Part shown: positions 10,113 to 20,460 of the stretch, piece after piece | Numbering within the stretch: the stretch's first letter is position 1 | Layout: every line of letters starts with the position of its first letter | Source: a virus | Direction: 5' to 3' (one strand) | IMG/VR virus record: IMGVR_UViG_3300017786_000003 | Location: 1 to 64,000 of that record | Length of the DNA: 64,000 nucleotides | Notes under the pieces: generated by a model | What the model was told of the DNA's origin: nothing | Database searches by the model: none | What the model saw: only the letters and a program-made list of their open reading frames with translations | Position numbers and translations under genes: made by a program

Positions 10113-11414
10113 TTAAATGCGTTTAAATATGTTGTTTGCTCTTGGTAGTTTTCTTTTGGTAGATTTTTTACTTGAATCATTAGCTTTTTGTACTCCTAGA
10201 GAATTACCTCCTGTATTAGCTTGTTCAGTCTTTAATTTTCTTACCGTTTTTTCTACATTTTTTTGAGCACCCTTATCCATTATCTTTGCTTTGTAACCTT
10301 CTGGATCTTGTAAGAGCCATAAAGCTTCTGATATCAATGAATAATTAGGTTCAACAAATTGATATTTTTCTAATAAATGTCCTAGCAAGTTTGTGTTTTT
10401 ACCACTAACTGATGGATATGATGGTGACACTAATCCATTGTATAACATTGCTTGGGTCTTTTTATCTACTTTGATATCTCCTAACTTACCTTCTTTAAGA
10501 GTATCATATACACTTTTCATATATGTTTTAGATGCTTGTTCTTGTTGTTTCTTTTTTAACTCTTGTTCTCTAAGTTTTTGAGCAACAACTTTTTCTTTCA
10601 TCTTATCTAATTTAGGTTTAAACTTTGAAGCTTGTTGTTCTAGCTTACCTAAATCTTTCCATATTTCTATTTCTTCTTGAATCTCTTCTGCATTACCATA
10701 TCCAGTAGCTTGAAGATATTCACTTATAATTTTTTCTTGATCAGTCTCTAGTTTAATATTTAGATCTTTTGTTTGCTCAACTTGACCTAATGTAGTAAAC
10801 AAACCTTTCAAGTCTTTACCACCATCAGCTACATACTTTGCAGCTATTTGTAATTCTTGTGGTAAACTCTGAAAAAATTGTTTTGGAGTTTCACTTCTAA
10901 CTTGTCTAGCTTTTTCATCTAGGTTAGCTTGTATTAACTCTTCCCAATCTTTTGCACTATATTCTTCTAAACTTTTATCATCATCAAAAGGTACAATCTT
11001 ATCATCTTTAATAAGTTTTTCAAATACATCACTTATACCAGATATTTTCTTTCTACCTCTTGTTTCTTTCTTTTCATCTTCTTCAGTTACTTCATCTAAT
11101 GAATCAATAACTTCATCAATGTTTACTTCTTCTTTTTTGGTTTCTTCTACTTCTACTTCTGTTTTATCTTCAGGAGTATCTGTTACCTCTGTCTTTTCTT
11201 CTACCTTAGCATTTAGATCATCTTTATCATCTACATCTGGGTCAGCAAAAGACATATCTGCCTTTTTATTTATGCCTGAAAAAATATTTTTAGGCTTAGC
11301 ATTATCATCTTGAATCATATCAGCACCACTTGGAGCAGCATTGAATATTTCATCTAAGTTAACGTCTACTTTTTCAACGTTACTTTTAACCGTTGGGGTT
11401 TGTGTTTCACTCAT
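10113..11414 (-). CDS. Capsid scaffolding protein
   Basis: Acidic low-complexity N-terminus and coiled-coil C-terminus; between portal and MCP. Confidence 0.7.
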   Translation of the reverse strand: MSETQTPTVKSNVEKVDVNLDEIFNAAPSGADMIQDDNAKPKNIFSGINKKADMSFADPDVDDKDDLNAKVEEKTEVTDTPEDKTEVEVEETKKEEVNIDEVIDSLDEVTEEDEKKETRGRKKISGISDVFEKLIKDDKIVPFDDDKSLEEYSAKDWEELIQANLDEKARQVRSETPKQFFQSLPQELQIAAKYVADGGKDLKGLFTTLGQVEQTKDLNIKLETDQEKIISEYLQATGYGNAEEIQEEIEIWKDLGKLEQQASKFKPKLDKMKEKVVAQKLREQELKKKQQEQASKTYMKSVYDTLKEGKLGDIKVDKKTQAMLYNGLVSPSYPSVSGKNTNLLGHLLEKYQFVEPNYSLISEALWLLQDPEGYKAKIMDKGAQKNVEKTVRKLKTEQANTGGNSLGVQKANDSSKKSTKRKLPRANNIFKRI

Positions 11415-11452
11415 AATATTTGTTGGTTTTTAATATTAAACTTCTTACATTA

Positions 11453-11530
11453 ATAATATAACAAATGTTTATCAATATAAACTTATAATATTTGTAAAAT
11501 TTTAAACTTTTTTAGCAGTATATAGCTAAC
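11453..11530 (-). promoter_or_regulatory. Late promoter motif (TATATTAT) with upstream GTTAGCTATATA element
   Basis: TATATTATTA at 11460-11451 and GTTAGCTATATA at 11530-11519 on minus; the same pair, about 70 nt apart, occurs at 26503/26575 on plus. Confidence 0.5.
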
Positions 11531-11532
11531 GC

Positions 11533-14283
11533 CTATTTTTTATCTTTAGGTTTTTGAGAATCATACTTATTCTTGTTCTCTTTGGCAATTTGAAGTTTAG
11601 TGTCAGCTATTTCTTTTTGAGCATTAATTTTTTCTCTTTCTACTTGTAGTCTATTAGTCTCCATAGTAGCTTTGGTAGTATTTTGCTCACGCTTCATGTC
11701 CATTTGTTCTCTATACTGAGTAGACTCTCTAATACCCTTCATAACATCTTGATAATCAGACTGCTGATTTTGATTTAAATCAACCATAGATCCATATCCA
11801 GCAGATCTTATTTCTGCTAATAATACATCATTCTTTCTGTCCTTCTCTTTTTCTGCCATTTCTACTTGAAGTTTTTGTTGCTCTTCTTGTGCCTTAGCTT
11901 GTAGTTGTTGCTCTTGCATCTGACGTTGTTGCTGCATTTCCTGCTCTCTTTGTGCTTGAATTCTTGTTTCAGAATCTTTAAGGATATCTGATACTTCTGC
12001 AATAGAGTCAGCTTTAACAATATTACCTAGTTCATAAATACTTGCACCAGTAGTATTATTTGTAAGAGCCATTTGTTTAAGATTTTCTAATATAGCTCTA
12101 TGATTAGTTTTAGTAGTTGCAAATACATTAAAATCTCTAAGTAATAGATCAGTACCATTAATGGTAAAATTAACCTTCTCAGCCTCTGTAGATATGTATT
12201 GCAGTCTTATACTTGGATTATTACTGTAATAAAATTGAGCTAAGTCAGTTCTCATCTGATGTACTCTTGGCATTAAATGATCTGAATGCTGAACAAAGTA
12301 CATTTCTGTTTGTGCATAAGACTGTTGCATAGCTTGAACTACACCTGTAGCTGTTTGAGCTGATACAGCACCACCTAAACGTTGTGGATTAATTCCTATA
12401 GCATCAAAACATTGTTGTTTAAAATAATTAGCAAGTTGAATTCTAGACATTAATCTATTAGTCTGCTCCATATTAAGAGTTTGATAATGATTAAAGTTAG
12501 TAGCATTCTCAGTATTAGTAATTGAAGTATCTAAAGGTAACATTTGAAAATCTTTCATTGCTACCCATGCTTTAGCATAATTATTTTTACCCCAGTCTTC
12601 TCCCATTGAGTGACGTGGTAAAGCATTTTGATCAAACATTATTACTGTTCCTAATTCATCTATTAGAATGTCTGCAATTTGGTTATTAACCATATTGTAT
12701 CCAACTTGATAAGCTTTCATCAAATCAACCAAAGAAGTTGATCTAGTATTTCTATCAGAAAATACTCTACCTTCTACAGGAAGTTTACATCCATAAAGTG
12801 TATTATTTCCTTTAAATTGAAATGGTAATCTACCAGGTTTAGTTCTATTAATGCCTATATAAATTGGATTAATATTATCACCCATAGTAGATCTCCACAT
12901 AGCAGGTAAATTTGGACCTATCTTAACACCACCCCATACTTCATTAATCCATATCCAATCAATATGTTCTCCTGCTAATAAATTTTCTTTTGTTTTTTGT
13001 TTAAAAATAGAAGTATCATACATTGCCTTTTTAGTAATCTTAAAGGTTTCATCAACTATTTCTTGCGTTACTTCACCATCATCTTCAATCTTAGTAAGAT
13101 GTCCAACTCTTCTTTGTGTCTTCCAATATATAGTAGCTACTCTTAGTAGGTTACCTTCTCCCCACATAGAAACATCTTCATTTTCATCAAGGATTTGACT
13201 TAGTATATCACCACCTCTAGCAGGATCATTCCAATAGTTACTAGTAAATTGTCTATAAGCTAAACCAGGCATGTTTGTATTCCATTCATGAGATCTAGTA
13301 GGATCATAATATGCTCCATCATTTTGGTATCCATTTACCTGATATTGTGCTGATCTTGCAGGATATATTTTTTGTAATGACTTAAGTTGTTTTTCATCCA
13401 TTAAATATCCATATCTATCTACTGCATCTGAAACCGTCATTAAATCTACCTTACCTACATAGTTTGAATCTGCTATGTATCTTTGATCTGGTGACTTTTG
13501 ATAGAAGGTTAATACAGGATTCCATAGCTCTACATCATAGTCATCTTCTAACATACGGAAATGCCAGAATTCTCTATCTGCTATAAGCATATCTCTAAAT
13601 CCTCTTTCTTCTAGTTCTTGCATTCTGAATCTTTCTTCATCTACTGCAAGTTGGTGTGATGCCCACTCCTCTACCATACTCCTATATGACTTACTAAAGA
13701 AGTCTTCTATTTCTGGTAATGATTTTATATTTTGAGGAGATAATTGTTGTTGTGCTTCTTCTGATGATGGATCCATACCCATTTCAATCATCTTTAAAAC
13801 TAACTGAGATTCTGCTTCTGCTAAAAGTGATTCTTCAATTTGCATTCTTTTTTGTTCTAACATCTCATTATAAGATGCATCATCAACAGCTCTAAATTGT
13901 ACTTTAGAATATCTTTTTGCAAACTCTCCTGTAAGTACGTTAATAACATTAGGTACAATAGGATAAAACTTTAACTCTAATGCAGAATCATTTTCTTTAG
14001 TTAATACATCCTTTAAATCTTTGTAGTCATTATCTGGCTCTACAATATAATCAGACTTATCTATAATACCTTTAGCAAGTTTATAATTCTTTAATAGTCT
14101 TCTAGAATTAACACGTAAAAATTCAATACCTTGCAACTCTAACCAATCTAAGTTCCAGGCTGCCCAGTCATCTGTTTTTTTGGAATATGGTAAAAATTGA
14201 ATAGGCTGTGTTAAGCTGGAAAATGTATCTCCACTTTCTGCTTTTGCACCATTCTTAAGTTGCATTGCATTTAATACTCTCAT
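11533..14283 (-). CDS. Portal protein
   Basis: 916 aa immediately downstream of TerL; FYPIVPNVINVLTGE, WINEVWGGVKIG and IGINPQRLG motifs; C-terminal Q/E coiled coil typical of crAss portals. Confidence 0.88.
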   Translation of the reverse strand: MRVLNAMQLKNGAKAESGDTFSSLTQPIQFLPYSKKTDDWAAWNLDWLELQGIEFLRVNSRRLLKNYKLAKGIIDKSDYIVEPDNDYKDLKDVLTKENDSALELKFYPIVPNVINVLTGEFAKRYSKVQFRAVDDASYNEMLEQKRMQIEESLLAEAESQLVLKMIEMGMDPSSEEAQQQLSPQNIKSLPEIEDFFSKSYRSMVEEWASHQLAVDEERFRMQELEERGFRDMLIADREFWHFRMLEDDYDVELWNPVLTFYQKSPDQRYIADSNYVGKVDLMTVSDAVDRYGYLMDEKQLKSLQKIYPARSAQYQVNGYQNDGAYYDPTRSHEWNTNMPGLAYRQFTSNYWNDPARGGDILSQILDENEDVSMWGEGNLLRVATIYWKTQRRVGHLTKIEDDGEVTQEIVDETFKITKKAMYDTSIFKQKTKENLLAGEHIDWIWINEVWGGVKIGPNLPAMWRSTMGDNINPIYIGINRTKPGRLPFQFKGNNTLYGCKLPVEGRVFSDRNTRSTSLVDLMKAYQVGYNMVNNQIADILIDELGTVIMFDQNALPRHSMGEDWGKNNYAKAWVAMKDFQMLPLDTSITNTENATNFNHYQTLNMEQTNRLMSRIQLANYFKQQCFDAIGINPQRLGGAVSAQTATGVVQAMQQSYAQTEMYFVQHSDHLMPRVHQMRTDLAQFYYSNNPSIRLQYISTEAEKVNFTINGTDLLLRDFNVFATTKTNHRAILENLKQMALTNNTTGASIYELGNIVKADSIAEVSDILKDSETRIQAQREQEMQQQRQMQEQQLQAKAQEEQQKLQVEMAEKEKDRKNDVLLAEIRSAGYGSMVDLNQNQQSDYQDVMKGIRESTQYREQMDMKREQNTTKATMETNRLQVEREKINAQKEIADTKLQIAKENKNKYDSQKPKDKK

Positions 14284-16458
14284 CTATTTATAATTTTTAA
14301 AGCCAGATCTTCTAATTGACCCTTTTCTACGGCCAAGATTTTTGAACGGACTATACTTTAATTTACTTATTTTTTCTGAGTTTACCAAGGAATTATCCTC
14401 TGATTCACGTCTTTTGGAATATCCTCTATTTGATTGTTGTATTTTGACAAATGCAATTAATGCACCAAAAGTCACCAATCTATCTACGTTTAATCCAGGA
14501 TGATAAGCTAACATTTCTTTTAATAACATTTGATCAGGAATCCTTTCTACACCTAAAACCTGTGTTGTTACAGCACCAGTCACATCAGTCTCTTCATCAA
14601 TTACTTCTCTTAAAAATTCTATTGCATATGATATTAAATGACTTTTAAATAATGTTCCCGTATTTTTCCAACCATATTCTTGATACACTGTTCTGTTTGA
14701 ACCTAAATCTTTTAAAAATAATATTTGTTGTTTAGGTACTAAATACTTTTGTTTTTTTCTAGCAATCATATGCTGAATAAATAATGATATGTTATTTTCA
14801 ACAATAGTCCATGCATTATACCACTCTATTAATAGTTCTAATCTTTCATGAGTTTTATTTATATCATCAAATCTACCACACCAAGCTGCTACTATTTTAT
14901 CTCTTTCTATAAATTGTTCTACATCACCAGCTTCATTAGTTCTTGTAACTTCTGTTGCATTCTTATAAATATAGATACTACATAAAGAATCAGATGTTGT
15001 TGTTTTACCTTCTGACACAGGGTCAATAGAACCATAGTATGCACCAAATTGAGGATTAGGTACAGGTCTTTCCCATACAACTATAGATCCAGTTTTATCT
15101 TGTTGTTTTTTATCTACTGGAAAAGAACTGATGGGTAATTTATTTGTTCTTTTAGCTATAATGCCTGACTGATCTCTATCTAAATCAATCAACTCATAAG
15201 GATATTTTTTTTCTTCTATGCTTTTTAATTGTTTAGTTATTATACCTTGAGGAAAAATTGATTCTTTTCTATATGCAAAAGCTTCAGCAATATTTAAAGG
15301 TTTCTGAGATATTCTTAATTGAAATTGTTCTCCACTTAATTCATTCTTCCATCTTGCTCTTTCTAGGTGAATTGCTTCAATAGCTTCTTCAATAAGACTA
15401 TTGCCATATTTATCAATATAAGGGGGCATAGACCACTGTTCAGGAATAAATAGTCCTGCCATACCAATAGTACCATCAGCGTCCAGTAAATTAGTTTCTA
15501 CTGCATATATATCATTTGCTCCTGGTTGAAGAATCATTTCCTTTAATGGATTACATTGTTCTAAATCACCCACTGATCCTGCTGCAATAAACATTCCTGT
15601 AGTTACCATACCAGATGACATTGCAGGACGTAAATATTCATATGTCTGCATCATGTTTTTAGCAATACCAGCTTCCTCATGAAAAAAGTAAGTACAAGGT
15701 CCACCAACACCTGTTGTTGCATTCTTTTCAAAAGATGCACCTTGTATTTTAGATTTAAGTCCTCTAGATGTTTTTCTATTATTAACCTTGACTTCAATCT
15801 GCTGTTGCCATAGTAATACTTTTTCTGGATTACTTGGTCTATACCAAGCAGTATGCTCATTTAAAAATGTTTTGTATTCTTCTAAAAACTTCCAAGATCC
15901 CTTGTCATTAATATAATCTTTTAGTGAAGCTCCTATTTTACAAATAGATCCTTCTTCAAACCAATATTGGTTTATAATTTTACCCATATGGAAGTATGAA
16001 GATGCTATCTGTCTTTTTTTAAGTATAGCTGAGTGTTGATTATTTAGCTCTGCTAATAACTCATATAAAGCCATATGATATTGTGCATCCCGCACTTTAG
16101 CAAATCCGTAATGTTTTTCTTCTTTATCAAATATTGGTAAGAAGTTTAACCACATGTAATAATCTCTAGTTAAATACCATACATGTTCATCATGTTTAAA
16201 TATTACACCAGTCCTACATTTATTTTTTTGATCTTCCCAATATGAAGTAAAATCTTTTGATCTAAAAGGTTTATTACAATAAAAACCTTGTTCATTAAAT
16301 ATTCTAGCTTGTTCATTAAAAAGTAAAGCTGTTTCATTAAACTTATATTCTCCTGGTTCTTTAAACAAATTAAATATAAATTCTTGAAAAGCCTCTTCAG
16401 TAGAAAATTCTGTAGTAGACCATTGTCCTGCTTCATATGTAGGTATGATTCTACTCAT
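14284..16458 (-). CDS. terL: Terminase large subunit
   Basis: Walker A variant LKKRQIASS, Walker B FFHEEAG, nuclease GSIDPV, IVENN and NVDR motifs. Confidence 0.92.
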   Translation of the reverse strand: MSRIIPTYEAGQWSTTEFSTEEAFQEFIFNLFKEPGEYKFNETALLFNEQARIFNEQGFYCNKPFRSKDFTSYWEDQKNKCRTGVIFKHDEHVWYLTRDYYMWLNFLPIFDKEEKHYGFAKVRDAQYHMALYELLAELNNQHSAILKKRQIASSYFHMGKIINQYWFEEGSICKIGASLKDYINDKGSWKFLEEYKTFLNEHTAWYRPSNPEKVLLWQQQIEVKVNNRKTSRGLKSKIQGASFEKNATTGVGGPCTYFFHEEAGIAKNMMQTYEYLRPAMSSGMVTTGMFIAAGSVGDLEQCNPLKEMILQPGANDIYAVETNLLDADGTIGMAGLFIPEQWSMPPYIDKYGNSLIEEAIEAIHLERARWKNELSGEQFQLRISQKPLNIAEAFAYRKESIFPQGIITKQLKSIEEKKYPYELIDLDRDQSGIIAKRTNKLPISSFPVDKKQQDKTGSIVVWERPVPNPQFGAYYGSIDPVSEGKTTTSDSLCSIYIYKNATEVTRTNEAGDVEQFIERDKIVAAWCGRFDDINKTHERLELLIEWYNAWTIVENNISLFIQHMIARKKQKYLVPKQQILFLKDLGSNRTVYQEYGWKNTGTLFKSHLISYAIEFLREVIDEETDVTGAVTTQVLGVERIPDQMLLKEMLAYHPGLNVDRLVTFGALIAFVKIQQSNRGYSKRRESEDNSLVNSEKISKLKYSPFKNLGRRKGSIRRSGFKNYK

Positions 16459-16726
16459 ATCTAATTATTGCAAAAACATCACCCTGATTTAGCAATAAAT
16501 GTTCTACACCCTCATGCTCCATTTTAGTTGGCATAGCATGATCAGCATATTGTACTTCATCTCCTATTTTTATTTCTTCTACCTCAGCACCTATTCCAAC
16601 AACAGTTCCTTTAAATTCTTTTTTTTGAGCTACCTCTGGAATAATAATTCCTGAAGCTGTTTTAGTTATTGATGCTTTGCGTTTAATTAAGATTCTTTTA
16701 CCTACTGGTATTACAACTTGTTTCAT
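16451..16726 (-). CDS. groES: Co-chaperonin GroES (Cpn10)
   Basis: PVGKRILIK, mobile loop KTASGIIIPE, GTVVGIG, IKIGDEV, LLNQGDVFAII. Confidence 0.92.
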   Translation of the reverse strand: MKQVVIPVGKRILIKRKASITKTASGIIIPEVAQKKEFKGTVVGIGAEVEEIKIGDEVQYADHAMPTKMEHEGVEHLLLNQGDVFAIIRYE

Positions 16727-16743
16727 ATTATTTTATTATTGGT

Positions 16744-17262
16744 TTATAATTGGTCATAAGCTAATCCCGCACCACCACGTACAGAGCTTTCTTGTTCCTG
16801 TCTCATATCTGTATATGCACCTTTGTATGACTGTCTTATCTGCTCAAACTTAGCAGCAGCGTTAATCATAGAGTTCATATTACCGTCTCTACCATGCTCT
16901 ATAGGAGTTACCTCCATATATTTAGCCAATCTATCTAACATAGCTTTAATACCTACATATGCTCTGTAAGTTGGTGTTTCATACATTGTTTTACACATAT
17001 CTAATGCATACCTAATTTTACTATCTTCTGGTGATTCTTCTAACTGTATCTCCTCTATTATAATATCTTCTTTTTCATGTTCAGGTAAATTAAAAAAAGG
17101 ATTTAAATCAGGATTTGGACAAGTCATATAAAACAAATATTGATAAACTTGCATATGTGTATCTGGATATTCATCCATTATTTTTTTAAGAAATGGTAAA
17201 GTGTAACAATGCTCTGTTATAACTACCTTACTGTTTTGTATATCAAATAATTTTACTATCAT
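16744..17262 (-). CDS. Conserved protein upstream of terL (terminase small subunit candidate)
   Basis: Helical 172 aa ending in VRGGAGLAYD; syntenic position. Confidence 0.45.
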   Translation of the reverse strand: MIVKLFDIQNSKVVITEHCYTLPFLKKIMDEYPDTHMQVYQYLFYMTCPNPDLNPFFNLPEHEKEDIIIEEIQLEESPEDSKIRYALDMCKTMYETPTYRAYVGIKAMLDRLAKYMEVTPIEHGRDGNMNSMINAAAKFEQIRQSYKGAYTDMRQEQESSVRGGAGLAYDQL

Positions 17263-17588
17263 GAGTCAGAACATAAATCATTACAGTCAATTCCATCTAA
17301 TATTGTTTTTATAGAAGCATATGACTCTGTTACATATATTGGTAATGCAACACCACTTATAATAAGAACTCTACATTCATTTGAAAATTCATTTAGTTGA
17401 TTATCAAAAAATTTCCCTACACTTAGTATTTTAGTAACATCAATATATATATCAGCTGTTCTATTATATGACATTGGTAGTAGTTTATTATTAGCATCTC
17501 TTGCAGGTAACTCATTTTCCATTTGCATATATGGATATACTTGTGTAAATGTTCTAAAGTCTGGAGTAAATATTGGAATTTTAGCCAT
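17259..17588 (-). CDS. Hypothetical protein
   Basis: 109-aa ORF coupled to its neighbours. Confidence 0.6.
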   Translation of the reverse strand: MAKIPIFTPDFRTFTQVYPYMQMENELPARDANNKLLPMSYNRTADIYIDVTKILSVGKFFDNQLNEFSNECRVLIISGVALPIYVTESYASIKTILDGIDCNDLCSDS

Positions 17589-17593
17589 AGTTT

Positions 17594-18412
17594 TTAATTT
17601 TTAGAATTATCTTTTAACCACATTACAATAGATCTTACTTCATCTTTTAAATATGGTAGTTCATACATTTTTATATTTTCTAATACTGGTTCACCATCAA
17701 CATGTTCATTAATTGGATAACCATTAGTATCTTCACCAATCTGCTTAAATTTGACATGCTGTATTGTTAGCTTACCAATCTTAAGTTTAGGGTTGTGCTT
17801 TTTAATAATATACGCATAAATACTGAGTTGTAAGTTATAATGATTTAAATTACAATCATCTAAATGATTTACAGGCCTATACATTTTATTAGTTATTCCT
17901 TCCCAATTAGTAAAACCTTTAGTTTTAATTTCTTTATTTGTCTTATAATCAGTTATATTTATGTAACCATTTACTACTTCAACTAAATCTGCTTGTCCAC
18001 ATAAACCCAATGATTTTAAATAAACTAAATGTTCAGGATATACACCTTCTTCTAGTTTTTGTACTGGTGCTAATTTTATTCCATCATCATCCACTAATGG
18101 TTTAATAATTGGAACCTCAACACCATGTCTACCAATAGTCTTAAGATCTAACATATCAGTTTCTCTTTGGTTATGATACCAATTACCTAATTTAATTGCT
18201 CTTTCAGTTTCCCCATCCCATGCAGAAATAATTTCTTTGGGTGTCATCCCATACCATTTAGATCTTTTATTCTTAGATGATTTAACTGCCTGACCATCTC
18301 TATCAAACTTAGGTTTAAATTTAGCAATAAATGAGGTAACACTTAACCAATTAATTTTATCTTGATCTATGCTTTCATATACATGACCTTCTTCTTTAAA
18401 TCTTATTGCCAT
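17594..18412 (-). CDS. PD-(D/E)XK exonuclease
   Basis: SVTSFI, GNWYH, PE...LCGQADLV...ITDYKT, YNLQLSIY. Confidence 0.85.
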   Translation of the reverse strand: MAIRFKEEGHVYESIDQDKINWLSVTSFIAKFKPKFDRDGQAVKSSKNKRSKWYGMTPKEIISAWDGETERAIKLGNWYHNQRETDMLDLKTIGRHGVEVPIIKPLVDDDGIKLAPVQKLEEGVYPEHLVYLKSLGLCGQADLVEVVNGYINITDYKTNKEIKTKGFTNWEGITNKMYRPVNHLDDCNLNHYNLQLSIYAYIIKKHNPKLKIGKLTIQHVKFKQIGEDTNGYPINEHVDGEPVLENIKMYELPYLKDEVRSIVMWLKDNSKN

Positions 18413-18506
18413 GACATTCAGTTGTTAAATTATAAGTATCTGTTGTACACCATATTACAACTAAATTAGCTGAAACATCTGTATCACTGTTTATTAAATT
18501 ATTCAT
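18396..18506 (-). CDS. Small hypothetical protein (36 aa)
   Basis: MNNLINSDTDVSANLVVIWCTTDTYNLTTECHGNKI fills the gap and overlaps both neighbours. Confidence 0.35.
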   Translation of the reverse strand: MNNLINSDTDVSANLVVIWCTTDTYNLTTECHGNKI

Positions 18507-18837
18507 CTTTTAAATTTTTATTTACTTGACTCATTACTTGTTCTTCTTGTTCTTCTGTAGCTACTGCATCCCAATATGCCTTTGGACAATCAGATGATAA
18601 TGATCTAACTTTAAATGCTAAACTACAACCACAATCTGAACAACAAGGTTGAGTCCCTGGGGCCATACAATTGTCCCCTCTTGCATCAAATAATGAGCAA
18701 GCAATACATATTTTAAATCTTTCTTGAGCTATAGCTTCTACATGTTCTTTCTTAAAGATATTATTCTTAATACCTTCTGCAATCTTGTCTGCATTTTTAA
18801 AAACATCTAAATATTTACTCCAACTCTTTATTGGCAT
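18499..18837 (-). CDS. Cys-rich metal-binding protein (DUF6171-like)
   Basis: ERFKICIAC...CCSDCGCSL..K......CP...W. Confidence 0.65.
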   Translation of the reverse strand: MPIKSWSKYLDVFKNADKIAEGIKNNIFKKEHVEAIAQERFKICIACSLFDARGDNCMAPGTQPCCSDCGCSLAFKVRSLSSDCPKAYWDAVATEEQEEQVMSQVNKNLKDE

Positions 18838-19183
18838 CTTTAAAATTTTTTTTCTTTATTATATCTTTTTCTAATTGTTCTAACGCCTTTTCCATTATGT
18901 TTATATTAAACAAAATATTTTCACTCTGTGCAAAACCTTTATAAGTTCTTTTCTTAAGATTACCTAATATACTTTTATTTTTCTTAATAGAGTGTTCTAA
19001 TCTCTTTTTTCTAATATGAAATGTTCCTAAACCATCAACTTGAATCCTAGGATAATTTAAATTAGATAAAGACTTTCTCAATTTAGCATAATAAAAAGTA
19101 ATAAAATCATCTACTACTGATGGATGAACTCCTACTTTTTCTGCTATACCTTTTTTAAACTCTTTATGACTCTTTGGATTCAC
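18815..19183 (-). CDS. HU/IHF-like DNA-binding protein
   Basis: IAEKVGV...V...I......L......IQVDGLGTFHI. Confidence 0.7.
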   Translation of the reverse strand: MNPKSHKEFKKGIAEKVGVHPSVVDDFITFYYAKLRKSLSNLNYPRIQVDGLGTFHIRKKRLEHSIKKNKSILGNLKKRTYKGFAQSENILFNINIMEKALEQLEKDIIKKKNFKDANKELE

Positions 19184-19535
19184 TTCCTAAAACTTTATAA
19201 TCTAATAACACTAAACCTTTATTCTGAATATTTATATCTTTATTTATGGAAATAGTTTTTTTATTATTTCCAGTCTTAAACAACAAGTTTTTCTTTTCTG
19301 CTTTAGTAATAGCATTTCTTGCTGACTGTGGACTTTTAAAAATATTTAAATTTACAAGCTCTATACAAAATTTAGTTAGTTCTATATTATCTTTTTTAGA
19401 AAGTTCTTTCAAAAAGTTTAGATCAGAAGCACTAATAGGTATATTATTAAAAAAACAATAAGTAACTATTTGATACTTAATTGATAACTCTATATCTACT
19501 TTTAACTTTAAATCTACTTTATTTACTAACGCCAT
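19164..19535 (-). CDS. Putative winged-helix DNA-binding protein
   Basis: KSPQSARNAITKAEKKNLL helix followed by a beta wing. Confidence 0.5.
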   Translation of the reverse strand: MALVNKVDLKLKVDIELSIKYQIVTYCFFNNIPISASDLNFLKELSKKDNIELTKFCIELVNLNIFKSPQSARNAITKAEKKNLLFKTGNNKKTISINKDINIQNKGLVLLDYKVLGSESKES

Positions 19536-19536
19536 A

Positions 19537-20460
19537 TTACAAACTCATTATCATATCTACAAGATCAGGATGTGGATAACAATCAGTTTTATCCTTTCTG
19601 ACATTAGTATGTGTTAATAATCCTTTTACTTTTCCGTAATATGCATCAGAATTAAAATCAAACCCTTTTGTAGGGCCATGCTTTTGTATAAATTGTTTTA
19701 AACCTAATCTAATATCTATACCATCTCTTTCACCTATATACCTTAACCATTTTTCTGTTTCTTTAATTTGATTTTCAGAATAATTGTGCCAATGTAAGCT
19801 CCCTCTAAAAGGTTCTTTTAATTCTATAATTTGTGAATGTATACATCTGCTTTTAACATAGGTTAAATTACCATTAGTTAAATAACCCATATTACATATC
19901 TCTAATCCTACTGAATTACGGTTCATATGACCTGATCCAGTTTTACCTAAATGAAATCCTTGATTACCTTCTGGAAATGCTTGAACCATTATTCCATCAT
20001 GCTCATCACTCCCTGTTCTATGATTTTGTCCACCTAATACAAATTCAGTAGCTACTCTACCTCTAGTATCTCTACCCCAATAATCAATACATGCATAAGG
20101 ATTTGCATTTCCTGCAGTATGATGTAAAAAAACATACTCATTAATACAATTAGTTCTTCTAACGTATTCTCCTTTTGGTAAAAAATGTCTATGTATTATT
20201 TGATCATAATTGGTGAGATAATGCTGTGCATATATATCACTGTCCTCATCAATTTCATCTGGCTCACTTACTTGTAAATTAAGTAATATTACCCATGCAT
20301 CATTAGTAACAATACCATCTACTGGTAAATTGTGAGCCAATTGGAATCTTTTAACATGTTTTTCTGTATTAGGTCCAAATATTCCATCTGCTGTAATTCC
20401 TAATTTAGTTTGTAATGTTACTACATCAGGACCTTGATCCCGTATCTTTAACTGTTTCAT
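19537..20460 (-). CDS. Endolysin: PG_binding_1 plus N-acetylmuramoyl-L-alanine amidase (Amidase_2)
   Basis: DGIFGPNTE..VKRFQ...LPVDGIV binding domain; LHHTAG, SVGLEIC and THTNVRKDKTDC zinc-amidase motifs. Confidence 0.9.
   Translation of the reverse strand: MKQLKIRDQGPDVVTLQTKLGITADGIFGPNTEKHVKRFQLAHNLPVDGIVTNDAWVILLNLQVSEPDEIDEDSDIYAQHYLTNYDQIIHRHFLPKGEYVRRTNCINEYVFLHHTAGNANPYACIDYWGRDTRGRVATEFVLGGQNHRTGSDEHDGIMVQAFPEGNQGFHLGKTGSGHMNRNSVGLEICNMGYLTNGNLTYVKSRCIHSQIIELKEPFRGSLHWHNYSENQIKETEKWLRYIGERDGIDIRLGLKQFIQKHGPTKGFDFNSDAYYGKVKGLLTHTNVRKDKTDCYPHPDLVDMIMSL

Noticed and set aside
14284-16458. Introns or inteins in terL (also checked polB, nrdA, dnaB)
   Set aside because: Continuous ORFs of expected length; no intein splice motifs or embedded homing endonuclease seen
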